Below the pieces are notes generated by a model, which was not told the origin of the DNA, did not search any database, and was given only the letters and a program-made list of their open reading frames with translations. Below are positions 37,013-48,148 of a DNA stretch of 64,000 nucleotides, in pieces. A program made the translations under genes and the position numbers. Source of the DNA: Laetmonice hystrix (taxonomy: Eukaryota); contig OZ249440.1 in assembly GCA_965235115.1 (NCBI GenBank), positions 34,412,001 to 34,476,000 of the forward strand, in the 5' to 3' direction. Position 1 is the first letter of the stretch; each line of letters starts with the position of its first letter.

Positions 37013-37509
37013 TTATGCCTCCATTCGTCCCATCGTCGGCCACCAACACTCGCCGACTCCCCGGCGCAGCTACCGACAGCGCCGCTGCGACTGCTAGCGC
37101 TCGGAAACTGGTGAAGAGGGCTGTAATGTTAGTCAACTGGGCCAACTCTGTCAGTGACATTCGTTATTTCTGAGGCACAAGATGCGAGTGTCCTTCGTTT
37201 CTTGGCTGGAGTTTGTGCCTCACAGACCTCGGGTGGTTCTTGCTGCTTAGAAGCCTTCTTTGTTGTTCGTCCCGGTGATAAAATAAATACGTAAAATGCA
37301 GAGTTGGGCGGTAACTCACAGCATAGGCTAAAAGCAAAGAAACAGTGTGAAGAGAAATGGGTGTGGACGTTGTGTTGGTCAGCGACACAGTGAGGAATCC
37401 CAGTCCCCCGGTAAAAGAAAACAGCGGGAAAGGTCAAGATATCACGTGACCAGAGAACAGAGGGGAATGTCAAGAGATAATGGCATCATTGGCATCTTCT
37501 AAGTCTTAT

Positions 37510-37652
37510 CCCCGTGGGGACCGGGGTATAAGGATGTTCCCCAGCCCCCTTCTGGCTGTTCGTAAGAGGCGAATAAATGGGGCGACTTGTTTGCCGTGAG
37601 TCGCGACTCGTGTCGGTGGAGGAACAGGTCCTGGTACCTGAGGACGGTGAAT
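37510..37652 (+). mobile_element. Isolated 5' end of the Nimb-like LINE including the structured leader
   Basis: Matches reverse complement of about 18265-18402 with several substitutions. Confidence 0.9.
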
Positions 37653-37808
37653 GGGGATCTTTCAGAGCTAATCCGCGAAGCGGCGCTGTCAGTAACTAAG
37701 CTATGACGGACTCGAGGCAACCGGGACATTTTGGTGCGCGGCTACGCGACGACAGCGAGAGGCTGGAGAGCGGATATCTGTCTACATTTGTCGTATTTTT
37801 GAATAATC

Positions 37809-37915
37809 ATGGAATCACGGTATGGTAGCCTGTCCATAGGCCAGCTAAACCTAAAGGATGAACTGAGGAAAAGGAAGGCGAAAGTCAGCGGGAGAAAGCA
37901 GGAGTTGGTGAATAG
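37809..37915 (+). pseudogene. SAP-domain exon remnant, probably transposon-derived
   Basis: MESRYGSLSIGQL..LKDELRKRKAKVSGRKQELVNR then gtgag donor. Confidence 0.6.
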
Positions 37916-40711
37916 GTGAGCGATAATGGGTGCTAATCCAATCTAATCCTGTACAAACTGTCAATGTCAATCATTCATTGTCATGTCATCTCGTGCCGTT
38001 GCCGGATCCCTTACTTTAGAGTATTTTGATGACAGTTTGAGACGTGATTACGAACACATCTCCCCCACCCCCATAATTTCATTACCATAGTGTGTAGAGA
38101 GAGAGGGGGGGGGGGGGACCAGAATTTTCCCATCCCCAGCCTAGGCTAGGACTAGTAGAGTAGGAGTAGGGCCAGGCCACACACCCACACCCACACACAC
38201 AACATTCACATTGCCCTGCTCTGGGTAGGCTTGAAAAAAATAATAGAGCTGCCAACATTTTTGGTTCTGAGAATGTGCAAAAAATATTTTGCTTAAACCA
38301 AATCTTCCTGCCCCCCCCCCCCCCCCCCCCCCCCCATCAAAGTTAAATTGTCGACCCCAACCCGATTTTAATGATTTTAACATTTCTGTCGGTAACCTAG
38401 CCCTATAGCCTATTTTAATTATTATGATATTTCTGTGGGTTAGCTAATAATATCCATAAATGAATATGCAGCTTTGAGGTTCTTAGGTAACTGTTAAGTA
38501 GTTTGAATACACCAAAATCCACATTAATAGACACATTTTATTTCTAGGTTAAGCCCAATAATATGTCCATAGGATACTTATTTGTGAGCTGATAGTTAAT
38601 GGAGAAGTCTATCACATCATTAACGTGTATGCACCTAATACAGACGTAGAAGAGCAGCAGATCTCATGCCTTGGAGTAATTTCTGATTGGATCAATCAAA
38701 ATGTGGCCGTAAATATTATAATAGGAGGTGACTTTAACATACATTATGATCCTATCCTAGATAGAAGTCAAGCTAGAGATCCTACCAGAGTAGAATCTAA
38801 ATCATATAAACAGCTTAAAGCCGTGTGTGAAACATATGATTTGGTCGATCTATGGAGAACTGGACACAAGCAAATGAAACAGTTCACCTGGCGAAGAGGG
38901 CAAACGTGGAGTAGGCTTGACTACTGGTTTGTATCTGAACACCTACTCAACATTGTAACCAATAACGAAATCCTCCCGGGGATATGTTCTGATCATAGTA
39001 TCATACACTTTAAATTGAATGGTGATAATACTGGTCATAAAGGACGAGGGCTGTGGAAATTAAACCTTGACGTGTTAAAAGAGAAAACATATATAAATAT
39101 GATCAATACACTGTTAGGTGAATGCAGAGGCAGGTATGCTGAAATGGAAGATAAAGGCCTTGTCTGGGACCTGGTAAAACTCGAAATAAGAAATAAAACT
39201 ATACCATACTGTGTTAAAAGGAAAAGAAAACAGAACGAAGCCTTAAAAAATAGGCAGGAGAGAAGAGTTGAACTCGAACAAAAAACAGATATAGACCAGG
39301 ACGAATGCAAAGAGCTTGACAATCTGAAAAAAGAAATAGAGACCATTGAACTAAAAATAACACAAGGTGCAGTCTTCAGGTCTAGGGCGATATGGGTGGA
39401 AAACGGTGAACGGTCCACAAAATATTTCCTGGGGCTAGAAAACGTAATTACCTTAACAAATTGATTTCTCAATTAGAAGTAGATGGACAAAAAGCCACAG
39501 ATCAAAAACAAATTTTGAGAGAACAAAGGAGATTCTATCAGACCCTTTATAATAAAGGTGATGATGACGAAAGTTATGATGCGGAATTCCTACAAAGCAA
39601 AATAATACAAGTTCCACAGGAAGCAGCAACCAAATGCGATGAAGATGTCTCAGATATAGAAATCGCAAAAGCAGTAAGGGATTTAAAAAACAATAAAAGT
39701 CCAGGTGTAGATGGGCTACAGATAGACTTTTACAAGTTCTTCTGGCCGAAGGTAAAAGATTTTGTAATAGAGTCCGTTACATATGCAATGCGTAAAGGGC
39801 TAATGAGTAAAGACCAAAAAAGAGGTGTTATAAATTTAATACCTAAGAAAGATAAGAACCGACTCTTTTTAAAGAATTGGAGACCCATCACCCTTCTATG
39901 TTCAGATTATAAAATCATAGCAAAAGTAATAGCTAACAGAATTGAACAAATTTTGCCACAGATAATTAGTTCTGACCAAACTGGATATATAAAGAAAAGG
40001 TTTATAGGGACTAACATAAGATTAATAGAAGACGTCATTGAGTATACGAGGCTATATAAGGAACCTGCTATACTACTGGCCATAGATTTTGAAAAAGCCT
40101 TTGGTTCCATCTCCTGGCGGTTTATCAATAAGGTACTCACATCATTCGGTTTTAAAGACAAATTTGTTAAATTTGTAAACACGATGTATAACGGTATTCA
40201 AACATGTGTAAGCAACAACGGTAACTTTACTGAGTGGTTTGCACCAGAACGAGGCATTCGTCAGGGGTGTCCTGCTTCGGCTTATTTGTTCATCCTAGCG
40301 GTAGAGGTGATGGCTTCTAGAAGTAAGGGTATCACACTGTTGCGAGAGGGGATATCTGGATAACCGCGAGGCGAAGCCGAGAGGTTATTCAGATATCCAC
40401 GCGAGCAACAGTGTTATACCATACGTATACACCAAGGCGTACCGAGCAGTGGGATATTTCCGAAAATATCACACTCTCGTCATGGCTCCCTGGTCACATA
40501 TCACACTCTCGTCACGGCTCTCTGGCCACATAACACACTGCAAACACTTCCGATCCCGAGCAGTGTAACATTGCCGAAGATATCACACTCTCGTCACACT
40601 TCGCTGGGCACAAGCGATCGGTCCCTCGTTCCACTTGGACGTGGTGGACACGAGTCCTGCTCGATTAGTTTCCATTTTTAAACACCCGGTCAACGTGTCA
40701 ACATAACATTA

Positions 40712-40953
40712 GTGGCAGACCATTTAATAGCGGGGGAGGGGTATGGTTTTTTCGTTAAAAAAAGTTGGTTACCAAGCTGACCCCCAAAAAATAGTTTGTT
40801 ACCAAATATACATGTGTGAAATAAAATAGTTTGTTCAGCAATGTGTGTGAAAAAAAGAGATTGTTTATTTATGTTTATTGTTTTGTTGCAAGTATAAAAA
40901 GTTTGGTCAGAAAGAAAAACCATACCCTCCCCCGCTATTAAATGGTCTGCCCC
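40712..40953. mobile_element. PIF/Harbinger-type MITE
   Basis: About 38-bp TIR ggcagaccatttaatagcgggg...tatggttttt, TTA TSD. Confidence 0.85.
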
Positions 40954-41566
40954 TTAGGTGGAATGAGGGACGCTGAAGCAGAATACCGCAGCGTTCTCTA
41001 TGATCCACTGAGGTGGCCCCGTTGACAACTGCAGGGGGCTCGCCGGTATCTGTGCGGCAGTATTAATTGTGGGAGTTGCGGCTGAAGCTGCCCGGCATGA
41101 GTTTTTCCCTCTATTTTCTTCTTTCTTTAATAGTAAATTCGGAAATATTTGGACAATTACGTTCTCTCGGCACTGAACCGCGTCGCTTTGTTTGTACATC
41201 TCCAGCTCAGTCGTTCATAGGGGGCGCTGTTTTTTGAGGTCACAAAAAGTGGCCTATACATGTAATTGTATATGCCCCCATTCTTGCTTAAAACAAAAAA
41301 GAGTAGAATCCATTCTACTATTCTTGCTGAAGGTCGCATGGGAGACCCTTTCCGTTGTCCTTAAGTACATGAAATCATTATTCTGCCCAAGTACATAAAA
41401 TCATTATTCATTGATAATATGTCGTATGACAGCTCACTTCGAGAGAAAACAACGAGAAAATCGAGGAGTTTTCTCGAGAGAGAAAAAACAAAACCGAGAG
41501 GTGCTATCGATATAGGCCCGAGCTAAGCGAGGGCCTATATCGATAGCACCGCGAGGATAGGTAGGC

Positions 41567-41639
41567 GTCGCTGTGGCCGAAAAGGTAACAGCGCTGGACG
41601 GTGATGCCGCCGTGGTGGGTTCGAATCCTGCCGACGGCA
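41567..41639 (+). other. tRNA-like sequence with Pol III A and B boxes (degenerate cloverleaf)
   Basis: 73 nt; A box tggccgaaaagg, B box ggttcgaatcc, T stem gtggg/cctgc, imperfect acceptor stem gtcgctg/cgacggc, poor anticodon stem. Confidence 0.65.
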
Positions 41640-42253
41640 AACACCGTCCAAAGGCGATATGCGTATCGCCATGGGGGCCAGAATATCCCACGGCCCCATG
41701 GTGTATACTTAAAAATAACGAGGCAATAAAATGTCTGAAAATAAACAAGAAGAAGATTGCGATAAGTCAGTTAGCAGATGATACAACCTGTATCGTAAAA
41801 GATGCTGCCTCTTTGGAACAACTGTTAAGATTGCTAGAAAGGTTCAAAAAATGTGCTGGCCTGAAAGTAAACATTGATAAGACTGTAGCAAAAAGACTAG
41901 GTGGCTACATAGAAGATGACACGTTCAACCTTAAATGGGAAGATGGTCCTATATACCTCCTTGGTGTTCATGTTGGCTGCAGGAGTAATACAGAGAACTA
42001 TGAACTTAATTATCAGCCCAAGTTAGATAGGAATCTATCGATAAAGGGTAAAGTAACTGTAATAAATAATCTAGCAGCAACACAGCTGTTATATGTAGGT
42101 GGAATTACCCATGTTCCAGAAAGAGTATTTAAAGAATTTAAACAGCTATGTGCTCACTTTATATGGGATAACAAACCTAGTAAGGTTGCGTATGATACAC
42201 TTATCCTTCCAATTGAGAAGGGGGGACTAGGACTGACGGATTTGAAAGCCAAA

Positions 42254-43023
42254 TGGCCGTATGCAAGGACATTAGTCCCAACAACGGGTTAATCCAGGCA
42301 AAGTTAGTCCCGATAATGGGTTAATCCAGTGTTTGGGTTAAACCATTCTCCAGACTAACTTTTGTCACTGGATTACAGCAGTCAATTTCGTTCCGTATTA
42401 CTCCATTGTAATCTGTATTTTCCATACAACCTAATGGTGGTTTTGACCTTTAAAATAGAAGGAAACTTGCTTTACCTGACATATTTAAATCAGAAACAAA
42501 AAAATAGTACAAATGCAACCAACTTGCAATAAAAATGGTGCCGCATTCGACTGTTTAGGATAAACTCGCCAGCCACAATCAAGCGGCATCTTGCGGTAAT
42601 GTACGGAGATATCAATTCTGACGTGATCTTTACTGTGACGTCATAATTAATAGGTCAGGCTGCCTGTGACGTTGGACTGCTATGTCACAGACAAGGCTCC
42701 ATTCACGTCTTTGTGGCCTCTTGTTTAGTCAGCAAAGAGATGGCAAAATGGGTCAGGCCGTAGCAACAGTATCTCAGCAAGTTAGAAACGGAACTTGAAA
42801 CGTGTAGATGACTCGTAGGCTTCGTGATAGGCAAGTATTCAGAGGCAATCGACACTCACGGCCTCCATGTTTAGGAGGATTAACCCTGCTAGCTAGCAGA
42901 GTTAACTTTAATCCAGTAAATGGGTTAAACCAGTGAATTTTTGACGTTCTAGCATACGGGATTAACTAGTTAGTCCACCGATTGGGTTAATCGCTAGACT
43001 AAATACGTCCTTGCATACAGCCA
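42254..43023. mobile_element. PIF/Harbinger-type non-autonomous element
   Basis: TIR tggccgtatgcaaggac / gtccttgcatacagcca, 3-bp TSD AAA; removal restores DLKAK-VSAAKIMW. Confidence 0.85.
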
Positions 43024-43847
43024 AAAGTGTCTGCTGCAAAGATAATGTGGATTAAAAGGTTATATGAATCTGAACACCAAGCCTGGGCGGAGGTGGCAGG
43101 TGCACTTATAAAGATGGACAATTTGAAGTTAGGCCTACAAATGAGGCCTGGCAAATATCATCAAAATGTCAGTACGTTTTATAAAGAGGTGTTAGAAATA
43201 TGGTGGAAAATGAGGGAGTGCAATGAACCAATCAACATTGTAAATCAAGTAATATGGAATAATACCAATATCACTATTAACAACAAAACAATTACGTGGA
43301 AAAGATGGCTTGATGCTGGTATTATTTATACAGGTGATATCTTAAATGACAAGGGAGAACTGTTGGGACAGGAAGAAATAGAACTAAAGTACAGTGCAAA
43401 AAACAAACTTTTTTGGAAAACCGACAACTGAGAGCAGCGATGCTGGTAAATTGGAAACAATGTATGATTGAGTATGGCAGAGTCCCCGAGATTTATAGAG
43501 AGTGTATTATTATTAAGGAAGGACAGAAAATACCACTGGAAAATGTCACTAGTAACTTTATATATCGGCAATTTATTCCAAGCAAAGTACCCAGCGCGAT
43601 ATTCAAGTGGAGAGAGACCTACCCTATGTTAGTGGAACATGACCATTTATGGAAAATTATTTTTAAGTTACCTTACACTGTGGAGCGCTCTACTAGGTTG
43701 CACGCTCTACAGTAGAAGATTAACCACCGTTTTCTTGCCTGTAACAAATGGTTAGCAGATAAAAAAGTAATACAGTCGGGTAAATGCAATTATTGCTTTA
43801 ATCTACTGTCCTAATGTACTTGACTTTTGGGAAAAACTAGCCACCAG

Positions 43848-44772
43848 GGCCGATATTCATAAAACCCTACTAAACTAGCAGCCAACTAGGCCTTAGCAGG
43901 CTGCTAAATGCCTAGTTTCCTGCTCCATAGTTTCCTGCTATTTCCACATTCATAAAACCCAGATAGGGACAGTGCCAGGTAGTTGTCAACTAGGATTTAG
44001 TTGGTTGTTAACTTAGCAGTTGGCCGTGTGCCAAACCACAAAGCCCAACGCGCGTCAGTTTCACTTTCAATCGGGATGGCATGTTTATGTGTCTAATAAT
44101 AGAGCTGTGCATGCACGAACTGTGTGTGCCTATAGAACTCAATGTACAGACAGTTCTAAAGGACCAACCAAGGATGTCATCTATGAACAATGTTTATCCA
44201 TTTCCCCTTATGGTCACATGTCACTTGAACGTTTATGGAGTGATAATCTTTCCTGTTGATCAAATATAGTCAGCCCTTACATCAACTTGCCCTTGTTCAG
44301 GCACATTTACAAAGTTGTTAATTTTCCCAGATAATGCTCGTTAAACTCTGTTGACACCTCGTCAGGAGGTTTGTTGTGATATTTGTATGGGATCGCCAAC
44401 AAACATTTGAAAAGTTATCAACATAAACGTTATTAAACATGATGCCTTCCCGTGAAAATCGAGATATCTTGATCAATTCATCATCATAAAAATATCAATT
44501 GGATTACACCTGTCTCTGAATACTATATCCCTCCTCATCCGTCTAGCCATGCTTTCATGTCAGAGTCAAACATACAAATGAAGGATTTAGTTGTCAACTA
44601 GTGACTTAGAGGTACCCAAGATCACCTCTAAAGTTAGCAGACAATTTAGCAGTCAACTAAGCTTAGCGGCATTTTATGAATAATATCTAGTATCCAACTA
44701 GGCTTATAAGTTGGCAGCTAAGGCCCAAAATAGTTGCCAACTAGGCTTAGCAGGCTTTTATGAATATGGGCC
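43848..44772. mobile_element. PIF/Harbinger-type non-autonomous element
   Basis: TIR ggccgatattcataaaa / ttttatgaatatgggcc in palindromic site gccac-CWG-gtggc. Confidence 0.85.
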
Positions 44773-45290
44773 CTGGTGGCTGTATGCCACGGGTACCAAT
44801 TTCCCCAGTATTGAAGAAGAAACAATTATCTTTGGGTATCCTCATTTGACAAACAATAGGTATATTGTATTCAACAATATTATGTTGCATGCCAAGCAAT
44901 ATATATACCAGCAAAGAACCCATGGAAAAGGTCTCTACGACATATATACCTTCCTAGTCACTTACAAAGAAAGTCTGCTTACTGAAGAATACATATGTAA
45001 AATCAACCAAACAATGCATATATTTGAAAAGTGGAAGATTGTCTTAGACAAGTTGTAAAGACAAGAAATGAGCATTTAAACTTCATATGTATGTAACCTG
45101 CCGACAAGAAAATGTAATAAAGACCTGAGTAGACCTAACTTTTCCTACTTGTGGGAAAGTCAGACAATCTATTATAAACCCATATTTTAAATTTCGTCAA
45201 AGCAATTTTGAATGTTATCTAAACTGAAAAGCGCATGCTTAACCAGTTGTCTTACTAGATTAAGATAACTCCCCCCTCCACCTGAGGTAA

Positions 45291-45673
45291 GGCCAAAAAA
45301 AAAAAAAGATTCGTTTCTTGTCCCCGCGTGCGTCACCTAAAACCCCCCGCGTCAAGTCTTATTATTTCACATCTGACTGCTTCATATGGTGGGCAGTGTA
45401 GCGCTGTGACAGAACGTTGCAACGGTTCTTTGGCGTTGGCGTTTTTCTGTTAGTCTTGTTGATTTTATGCGAGTTTTACACATTCTAAAACATTGAACAT
45501 CATTGCATTAGTCTTTTCTTCAAGATTTATGTACCCAACAGCAATTGCATTCGAAGAATCGGCCGTTGTCTAGTTGCATCCCCCAAAAAAAGAAAGATGA
45601 AAAAAAAAAACGTGTCACCGCACCAATTTTTTCATATGAAAGGACAAGAAACGAAACTTTTTTTTTTTTTGCC
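45291..45673. mobile_element. MITE with TAA TSD
   Basis: TIR ggcc(a)n..cgtttcttgtcc / ggacaagaaacg..(t)ngcc. Confidence 0.8.
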
Positions 45674-45714
45674 TAATGTTAATATTAAAATGAGGTAATC
45701 TTTTCAATCAAACA

Positions 45715-46695
45715 GGATTTCCAGACGTCATCGGGTGTATTGACGGCACGCACATACCCAATCTGAGACCCTCTGTCCCAAACTACTGGGTGTACCGTAA
45801 TAGGAAGGGGTGGTACACCATAAATGTACAGGTACAATGTATAACTATTATGATGTATTCCTTATATATTGTAATTAAAGACAGGACACTGACACAATGC
45901 ATGTTTAATGATTTATTTCAATGAAAACCATCCAACAGATGGACGCCCACAACTGTCCATCACATCATACATTTGATGGATTTTTAATAGTTATACCCAA
46001 TGTAGAAAAATTTATTTGGGTTATGAGGCAGTATGTCCAAGTCAAACCATTCAGATTGGATAATATGTTACAGTTTTAGGACTGCTATTTTTCCAATACG
46101 CAACCGTTTAGAATTTCCAGCCTCAATTTAGAATTTCCAGCCTCAATTTAATAAACAGACTCTCATGGAAGCTTCAAAATTTCTCAATGACTATTAAGTA
46201 CATCTAGCTCATGACTATATTATTATGTCAGGAAGGGAATGATTTTGAATTTTTCTGTTTCTATAGAGGGTCTGCACATACAACTTCGTCATTGCTGATG
46301 TCGTGGCCAGGTGGCCAGGGGCCACACATGACCAACGTATCCTAAACAATAGTCAAATATGGGCCAACCTGACTAGTGGTAAGTAAGCAGAAGTACATGT
46401 ACATCCTGGTTTTCAAGAAAACTCAAGCTAAATTAGACAAGTTACTTCAATATTATTGGGCTTGTCAAACAACACTAGTGAGATAAGGTTTGCATATCAC
46501 CCATTCAGTATATCATGCATTCTATGAGCCTTTTTGAATAAACCCCTCAATTTCAGGAAAGTATATATATGATAATAATTACCCATGTATAAAGCTGTAA
46601 ATTTAAAAATGTACTTTATATTACAGGGGAGCTACAAGGTCATCTCCTAGGTGATTCGGGCTACAGGTCAACACATTTTTGCCTGACACCATTCA
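45715..46695 (+). pseudogene. Harbinger (HARBI1-like, DDE_Tnp_4) transposase, three exons, truncated
   Basis: GFPDVIGCIDGTHI...YRNRKGWYTINVQ / DVVARWPGATHDQRILNNS / HLLGDSGY...LTPF separated by GT-AG introns. Confidence 0.88.
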
Positions 46696-46842
46696 TTGCG
46701 TTAATGGGGGGAGAGGGTAATCCTCCCACTGGCAGGGTCCACGGTCGGGTCTCCCTTGAATAACTTTAGCTGTAGGCCTAAGATTCAAAGATGGCGGTAA
46801 ACTGACCGATTGTTTATGTGTGTTGTTGGTTGTTAATTTAGG

Positions 46843-48148
46843 GTGAGTGAGTAGTGGTGGTTTTGCGCCGTGTCGGCATCTGGGGCCATCTTCACGGCGA
46901 AAACAGTTATAAGACCATAAAACCAAAGGAACCTATTTTATCCCGGGTCCCACGGGAACACCACCAAAACACATCTATAAAAGAGTCAGAAGTCCAGCCT
47001 CTGACAAGAACTCTAAAATCACTCCTGGTCTGATATTGCTAAAAAGATCCTTAAGACTCGTCTCATTATAAAACCTTTGTCTGATGAGAGTAAAATAACC
47101 ACATTCGAGTAAAAGATGCTTCAGTGTCAAAGGACACTGACAGCCATAACATTCTGGAGGTGGCTCCCCCTTCAATAAAAACACATGGGTTAATCTAGAA
47201 TGACCAACTCTGCATCAAGTAAAAACAATTTCATGCCTCCGTTGGGTTAGGCCATGATGTTACCTTTGGTTTACGATGAGACTGATCTGATACAATTTAT
47301 TGTTTGGTTGTACATCCCATTCCAGGGCTTGTCCTTTAAGGCGCGCAATTTGCGCGCGCCATGGCGCACCTAAAATGGGACAGAGGACCGCAAAAAAACG
47401 CGCACCTTGCAAAAATAAAACTTGAAAATTTGCGCGCCTCGGACTACTTCTAATGTATATAACACTATATGTGCTTGTACCCTGGTAGTAACCATGTGCC
47501 TATGGTTGATCATTAACAGAAGTCAAGACGGATGGGATGTGTGACGGTTGCGAGGATACACACTATTACACCTCCTCTGACCCAAGAATAAATTGTGCGC
47601 CTACCACATTTTAGGTGCACAAAAAAAAATGCGCGCCTACCTCTTTCAAGGTACACAAAATTTTGTGCACCTGCTTTTTTCAAAGGACAAGCCCTGCCAT
47701 TCGGCCTGCCATTTGTTTTTAACATAAGCCCAGATGGTAGGTCTGAGGTCAGAGGCTGAGATTGGACACAATTCAATGTCTGTTTCAAGAGCCCTCTTGG
47801 CAGTTCTTTCAGCTTGTTCATTGCCCGGGATGCCAACATGACCAGGCACCCAACAAAAGTAAATATCAAGGTTTTGCACTGGCAAGAACTGCCAACTTGG
47901 ACAAGATTTGGACGATCACTGGGTGATCTGTGTTCAAGTTAGCGAGTGCTTGCAGACAGGACAAGGAATCCAAGAAAATGAGGAAGTCCTTTTTGCCAGA
48001 AACTTCAATATTTTGAATGGCAAGAAGCAGGGCCCGGGCCTCTGCTGAGAAAATGGAGCTTTGCCCCGAGATGCGGGTGCCGAAGTTGTGCTTGCCATGA
48101 ACTGCTGCTGCAGACACATCATTGCCATCCTCTGAGCCATCAGTATAG
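46843..48148 (-). mobile_element. Nimb-like LINE 3' portion
   Basis: YTDGS to zinc finger, 3' UTR and tail. Confidence 0.93.
47323..47696. mobile_element. hAT-like MITE with 6-bp TSD
   Basis: TIR cagggcttgtccttt / aaaggacaagccctg; TSD ccattc, confirmed against empty LINE copies. Confidence 0.88.

Larger units (their letters stand above)
40323..41708. mobile_element. TSD-less non-autonomous element with terminal hairpin and asymmetric inverted repeats (Crypton-like or Helentron-like)
   Basis: Removal restores aga-att-aaa (R-I-K) in the RT frame; hairpin 40329-40420; IR gtatacacca at 40426 versus tggtgtatac ending 41708. Confidence 0.7.
38570..45125 (+). mobile_element. L1/Tx1-type LINE ORF2, 5'-truncated, interrupted by three DNA elements
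   Basis: NVYAPN, GGDFN, SRLDYW, SDH, KSPGVDG, KNWRPITLL, DFEKAF, GIRQGCP, QLADD, KGGLGL, CNYC, IIFG; stop at 45058, aataaa about 45116. Confidence 0.92.

Noticed and set aside
41567..41639. Functional tRNA gene (possible GTG anticodon)
   Set aside because: Anticodon stem does not pair, acceptor stem is mismatched, no oligo-T terminator
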